The position numbers and the translations under genes are program-made. Source: Amoebophrya sp. A120 (lineage: Eukaryota; Protista; Dinoflagellata). Taken from it: a stretch of DNA of 64,000 nt. Positions 58,039 through 64,000 of the stretch are shown here, piece by piece. Position 1 is the stretch's first letter, and every line of letters starts with the position of its first letter. Under the pieces are notes generated by a model. That model was not told where the DNA came from, searched no databases, and saw nothing but the letters and a program-made list of their open reading frames with translations. The stretch lies in NCBI GenBank assembly GCA_905178155.1, contig CAJINV010000027.1:61697-125696 (forward strand), given 5' to 3'.

Positions 58039-59517
58039 CTCGACAGATTTCGTGGTCGTCGTTGCCGTTTTTTTTTTAGCAAGTGGAAGACCATTAAGAA
58101 TAAGAGAGTTACAGTGACCACGGCACAAGAAAAATTTATTTGAAATTCCACGACCTCGACTACCCAGGCAAAACAAGCTCATCGAAACGTAGTTTTCGAA
58201 ATGTTTTTTTACCGCGAAATGTTTCCCAGAGTAAGTACCCCGACGACAACAAGTCTACACTTCCTATCTCTGAGGAGGTTCTTACCCCCAACTGTACAAT
58301 CATTTTTTTCATCATCGTATAAATATTCATTTTCTACCGATACTGTGCCCTGCGAACAACGCGCATCGGCATCAGGACGCGAGTTCGAAAGCTTTGCCTC
58401 CAAAACCTGTTGTGCTTGGCGCCTGAAGAACGAGTCGCTCTGCGCAACAGGGTGAGAGTGAGCAAGCTACTCTGTGCAATATTTATAAATCGATTTTATT
58501 CGCCAACATAGTAGTACAAGTGCGATGTATAAAGTAGTAGTACAAGTAGCATTTTAGTGATAGTCATGAGCGAGAGAAGCCGCGTCATAAGGGCGAACGT
58601 GATGATGCGTTAGACCAGAGATCCTTGTCCCCTAACCGCTTCACGTGAGGGGAGGAACAGTAAGAAAGCCTACCAGCAAATGACGTTCCTTGATGTCACA
58701 GACACAGTGGAAGGCCGCGGTTAAATGCTAGAGGTTCACTTTGATTATTTTTCATACAGTGTAGTGTGCACTATAGTCGAGGAGACGGGAAAAACTGTAG
58801 CAGCAAATGTGTGATGAGATGTGCTTTATGCAAAATCTTTTTTTTTTACGCGACTGGCTTGAGGGCTTCGGCTTTGATGTTAAACAGCGAACAATAAGTG
58901 CATTTGGTGTATGAATTTACAGTAACCGATAGCATCGACTAAAAGTGGTCCTCGTGGAGCAAGTGAATTCGTCAATCGTGTGAACTCTATGGGATTCCGA
59001 ATGAAAGTGATTTATGTTGAAAATAATAATATACGTATGTTAGATCGGGATCGGACAAGTGTTGGAGCCGTCCCATGGAACTCATCAGAAGTCGATCGGT
59101 GATTAGTGATGTTCACCTCAATCTTCAGATCGGTAAACAGATTAATGTGTGTGTTTTTTCCGCGTGAGGTTTCTTATCGTTTTTTCCGAGTCGCTCTGTC
59201 GTACGAACCGCATTACAAATGCGTCTTTCTTTGTCGCATTGTTTCTTACATCGCAACACAGGCATACATATTTCTTCGGGAAAAATGGAACAACATCGTG
59301 TGAGTCGTTAGATAGTCCCTGGAACCTGTACAAACAATTTTGTCTGAGCCTTTGGCTCAAGGTTGAGCAAAATACACAGGAAGAAGTTTTTTGTCGTTCC
59401 CCCGGGAAGAACGCAAGTGTTCAGGTGGCAATACGAAGGTTTGCATCTTCATCAATTAGCTATCAGCTGTCCGTTTGCAGCCTTGTAACAGACAGAGTGA
59501 TTTGATCTGGTAACCAA

Positions 59518-60188
59518 ATGTCTGCCTCAGTGCACGCGGAAGGAGATGATCTTCACGATGTCCTCTATGCGGACGCTACGGCGCCAGCATTCAGCTGGCC
59601 TGGCGCTGACGTCTCTAGTACTGCTGTTGTTGTTGATCCACACGGTGCAGTAGGTGGTCCTTATTTCGCTGCGCCGGAACAAGCAGGGGGTGGGGGCCAC
59701 GGCGGCCAAAAAACTACCGTACAAAACCTATCAAGAGGAAAAATTCCCCCTCCCCATATCGAAACGAAGTTTCTGATGCTGGATTTCCGTACACAAATCA
59801 GATTTGTCTTGCAGTAGAGGACTGCGGGCATATGTCAAGCCTCGGCCGACGGGTTTTGACGTAGGCGCCTAGCATGACAAACGTGTATGCTCTAAGCCCA
59901 ACAGCATCACAAACCGCCTGCAAAATCGAGGGGGGTCTCTGGACTTGCCTTCTTGCAAGACAGACAAGATTTGAGGTCACAAATGTGCATCACAAATTTT
60001 CAGACGGATGCGTTTTCAATATGGGGAGGGGGGATTTTTCTTTACGATAAAACCTCGAAAACCGCCCTCCCCCAGTGGCAACGCACGACTACGCCTCGTC
60101 TGGATCCTTGTTCGCGCCCCCGCAAACCGCAAAGGAGTGGGAGAGCCTGCAAATCATGCGTGGCTACCAGGGGCCTCCAGGGGTATGA
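59518..60188 (+). CDS. ~114-aa partial duplicate of the 3' end of the 49082-58038 gene (possibly a pseudogene)
   Basis: MSASVHAEGDDLHDVLYADATAPAFSWPG...KTTVQN|LENRPPP...KEWESLQIMRGYQGPPGV*; exons 59518-59728 and 60055-60188. Confidence 0.65.
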
Positions 60189-60600
60189 TTCGATACATTT
60201 GTCATACAAAGAAAGTAGTTAGTACAGTCGTGGCGAGAGAACAAGAAAAATCTATTGTTCATAGATAATTTTCGACCCCGGCGACCATACAGCCAAAAGC
60301 CCATCGGCGCGTTTTCGAAATCTTTCGTGCCACGAAATTTTTTTACCCGTAGTACTTACCCAGACGAAAACAACTCGTGTGTACAAATTTCACCTATACA
60401 ACCCCGACGACAACAAGTGTACTACGGCTTCCTATCTCGGAGGTTCTTACCCCCAACTGTAAAATCAGTTTTTTCAACATCGTATTGCACGTTCTACCGA
60501 TGCTGTGCCCTGTGAACATAAACAGAGGACAATAAGTGAATTTGGTGTATAAAGTTACAGTAACTGATCGCATCGACTAAAAGTGGTCCTCGTGCAGCAA
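59531..60600 (+). repeat. segmental tandem duplicate of ~57442-58962
   Basis: Coding tail and downstream non-coding blocks (gaggttcttacccccaactgta; gcatcgactaaaagtggtcctcgtg) occur in both copies. Confidence 0.9.
59729..60049. mobile_element. family G introner
   Basis: TIRs; perfect DR aaacc. Confidence 0.93.
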
Positions 60601-62117
60601 ACAAGGCTTTTCAAAACCGACACCTCCAACGAACTTTGTTCTCTGTGAAGTAGTGACCTGAAGAGCTGCGCAGCTACAGACTGCCTCGTAGCGCGGCCGT
60701 GTTCTTTTCTGTCTGCTTGTATAATATAGGCGGGCGAAATTGAAGATGCAAAAAAAAACATTCTTCAACGCCGAAAAAAAACAGCGAGAAATGTTCTACA
60801 GGCGAAACGATCTTGTCAATGCTCATGATCTACTTCAAGGGACCCCTACTTCGTTCTCCACCGCTCGTCTTCTCGGGGCCGCCCCTGGGTAAGAACCAGT
60901 GGCAGGAGGATGAAAAAAATGTGTGCGTAGGGTCGGGCGTCGATCGGTGTTTGATTTTATTCACTTGATCTGCTTCAAAAGGATATCGAACTAAAAAATC
61001 CTCGAGTTCTTGAACAGGTCGCTGCCACGGTCTGGACGATGCTTTGACAAAAATGAATAGGTCCTTGCTCCTGCCGGCGTGCTGCTTGAAATTATGTTCC
61101 GGAAAATCTAAATTCAAATGAAAAAAATCGGTTGGCTCCAGTACAACAAATGCTGCCGATCTTCGAGGCAGGTAATGTGTCCTGCAGCCTGCCTCTACTG
61201 CAAGAAAAAATGCGTTGTAAGTACATACTTTCTTACCTGAAGATCGTCCAGTAAGTATAATATTCTCGGTGTAGTTTCTGTATCGGTTCTTGATCAGAAG
61301 GTCGAAATCAGAATTATTGATGTCTACATTCGGAAAACCAACGCACAAAAACTCGGAGGTGTGCACAACCTGTCGGGACCTCGACCAGAACGAATTGTGG
61401 AGAAATGACAAATAAAAATAAACAGGATGGAGGTACAAGAGCAGGGGTGAGATGAAATGTAGCGATAAACTAATAAGACCCTAAACACTAGTCTAGCGAC
61501 GCAACACCATTAGCCTGTTTTGCCTGATTTGTTGACGTGCTTCTTCTTCTCCGGAAACTTATTCGTACGTCGATTTTTGAAACTGTAATTGCGGACGAGT
61601 GTGATCCTGTCATTTCTCGCAAGAGGGAAACTCTTCCCATCGCTGTTGACGCCGTGTAAACAAGACATCAACGACGTCGTGTGCTATAATTGATCGCTGT
61701 ATGATATTTTGGGCACTTATCCCTTCACAACTACTCACGTATTTTTTACCTCTTCTACTAGTCAAGCGAGATACAGATATTTTTTTATAGTAGGTTGCAA
61801 ATCAGTTTTTTGGTGCTATAGAGACAAGTACTACCAGAAGTAGTAGCTTTCGTTCCTGTAAAGAATCTTCAGGGCGGCGGTCTCCCACACGAGATCATGA
61901 GACAGTTCCAGGAAAGTAGATTTTTTTTTCACCTTTATTTGCTCATTGTTTAGTTTGAGTCAGTTTTAGCAATTACCGCTGCACGTAGAAGTACAACTAC
62001 AACCCAGTCGTAGGATTATATTGATGCAGGTTTAGTATCGTCAATCTAATGGCCGCGGCTTGAGGTAGTAGTTCTACGTCCCGCCCCAGTAGAGGACCTC
62101 CTCGTCCCAGCACCAGT

Positions 62118-62265
62118 TATCCTGTGCAAAAGTATCGTCTTCGTATTGCAGTCATGCATTGCAAGTCTTGTTCTTAAGCTAAATGCGCATTACAAATTTT
62201 ATTTCTCATGCAGAGGAAATTGTTTGTGATGCATTTATACGAGTACGATACTTTTGCAGTGCATA
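62118..62265. mobile_element. family B introner (probably in a 5' UTR)
   Basis: TIRs; perfect DR ccagt. Confidence 0.92.
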
Positions 62266-62297
62266 CCAGTAGGTTCATCTTGATCAGTCTGCGAAAA

Positions 62298-63958
62298 ATG
62301 ATCCGGTCCTCGTCGGGCAACAGATGGCTGCCGAAAGGCACGTCGGGGTTGTACTGGTGGCACCTGCACTGTATCCTGTTTCCCATCCTGTTCGACCTAG
62401 AAGCTGGTGCTGGTTGGTGCACAGCTAGTAAAAAATCGGTGAGCGTCGTTGAGGCCGCAGCTTCTATGGAGCAGGACAGACACTTCTCGAGCGAAGAGAA
62501 AGTATCGAGCTTGGCGCCCGCAATTGAACGTTCCTCGGAGCAGGGAAACGTCGCGTCGTCAATGGGATACGATCCTACGGACATTTGGGATCATCATCCT
62601 GTGAAGACGTCGAGCACGAGAGATACATGCGAAATTCGGTTTGAGCTGAAGGACTGGAAGGTGAAGCAGCAACTTCAATGGACTGCGGAGAGAGCGAACA
62701 CATCACGAGGACGAGCCTCACTCGTCGACCCGGGACCACAAGCCACCGCCGAAGCCGAAGCCCGGTCCGCGACGTGGCCAGGACCACAGATGGAGACGAG
62801 CACCCAACACTGGCTCTTGTCTGCGCTCGAAAAGAGGCGCGAGCGGTTTCACTTCTTGTCAGGGCGGCACTGGCTCCATGTTAACCCTGGAGTGTGGATA
62901 GAGAACAGCCGACATCTTTCACGGGAAACCAGTGTCTTCGACGGTCCCCCGAGACAGAGCGTTGTAATAAAAGTGGAGGATGATGAAGATGCCACTACAG
63001 TGTCAGTGAAATTCCAAAACCCAGCACTCATACGAGCAAGTGCAGCTGCCGCTTCTTTTTTAAACTCAACGCTGGCAGATTGGCGTTCCCTTCTTTTCCA
63101 GGATTTCGACGCAGGCCAGGCAGGATACATCTTTCTGGACAGAAGAAGAGCCGGGCTGGCATCGCCGACGATCACCTCACTGAAATCTTTGTGTCTTGTT
63201 TCTTCCAGAACCGCGCCTCGGTTCCTTCTGGGACGTACTGAAGCCGTTGTTCACCTTTTGGTTCAAAGAATCATCTCACCACTCTGGGAACTTGCCGATC
63301 TCCTGCTCCCGACAAGCTCAATACATGAGCTAATTTCGCAGCGCGGATGGGCAAACACGCAGCTCCGCCTGACCACACTGCTCGAAGGAAAACAAATCGA
63401 CCCTACGCAAGAAAAGGAAACAAATAGTCGGAAAGTAGAAGTCCAGGCTTCGCAGCTAATCGAAAGTGGCCGGGGGCGTCGGGGGGTGATCGATGCAGGC
63501 GGGCATGCGCATGGCGCGACGTTCCCTCGAAGCCTCGGCACTATCATCGCAAGGCTTCTCGAAATAGACTGGAACCAGGGAGATGAGTCGAACACGTCCG
63601 GAGCCGCGATTGGTGGTGCACGAGTCCGCCCCTTTGGGGACCCGGCATTTCTCCCGCTGGGAAAGCAGTTGTCGGCCTTGGATTTTGTTCGGCTGCACTT
63701 TTCTACAACAGAAGGGCGCTTTCTGAAATCGGCACTACCGTTTGGCACTTCTCTCGTCGATGGGTTCTCTTTCAGCGGGGCGGACTGCGATTTGAAAACT
63801 ACCGGTTTTCTGGAGGATAAAATTCCAATAAGATTTGGGCGAAGTAAACAGCAATACGTATTTGCAGTAACCTGCGATAAGATCCTCCGCGCAAAAGAAG
63901 TAGAGCACGACGGCGAGGAAAGCGGCTTGCGGACTCTCGGTGGTACTGCGCCAAGCGA
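62298..63958 (+). CDS. first exon of a paralog of the 49082 gene; continues past the window end
   Basis: Open + frame absent from the ORF track because it has no stop in the window; shares TCEIxF, TLxDWRxLxFxDFxxGQAGYxF, VVHxxVxRIxxPLWxLA and FGxPAFLxxxxQLxALDF with the 49082 gene. Confidence 0.85.
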
Positions 63959-64000
63959 TATCCTGTGCAAAAGTATCGTACTCGTAGTAATTGCATTTGC
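63959..64000. mobile_element. family B introner, left end (cut by the window)
   Basis: tatcctgtgcaaaagtatcgtactcgta. Confidence 0.85.

Noticed and set aside
62174-63970. Minus-strand ORFs as a gene
   Set aside because: The + strand has one continuous frame with clear paralogy to the 49082 gene; the minus ORFs are its antisense shadow.
1-64000. Prokaryotic IS/MITE interpretation, and rRNA/tRNA genes
   Set aside because: Consistent in-frame rejoining of exons indicates intron-like behaviour in a eukaryote; no rRNA or tRNA signatures were recognised by eye.

Overview
Eukaryotic genomic DNA in which protein-coding genes are split by roughly 70 (full or partial) short elements with terminal inverted repeats (TIRs). 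These fall into at least 12 TIR families (named A-L here). Nearly all read TAT...ATA at their ends, carry a 5-bp target-site direct repeat (DR), and contain the internal motif GCAT[G/T/C]ACAA. Removing each element plus one DR copy by hand restores long reading frames: a 27-exon, ~4,249-aa gene (20718-40221, 26/26 junctions in frame), a 509-aa gene (44914-47651) and a ~1,912-aa DUF4116-repeat gene (49082-58038), plus a partial duplicate and a paralog of the last. The elements therefore behave as non-canonical, orientation-independent mobile introns. From memory this matches the 'introner' elements described in the parasitic syndinian Amoebophrya (Farhat et al. 2021); the organism call is an inference. 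The most unexplained structure is at 7059-17549: nine direct copies of a ~40-65 bp GC-rich anchor separated by 0.6-1.9 kb mosaics of unrelated genomic gene fragments, including an Mps1/TTK-like kinase piece, with fold-back and micro-duplication scars at several junctions. No transposase, rRNA, tRNA or CRISPR/cas was recognised. All coordinates and joins were derived by eye.
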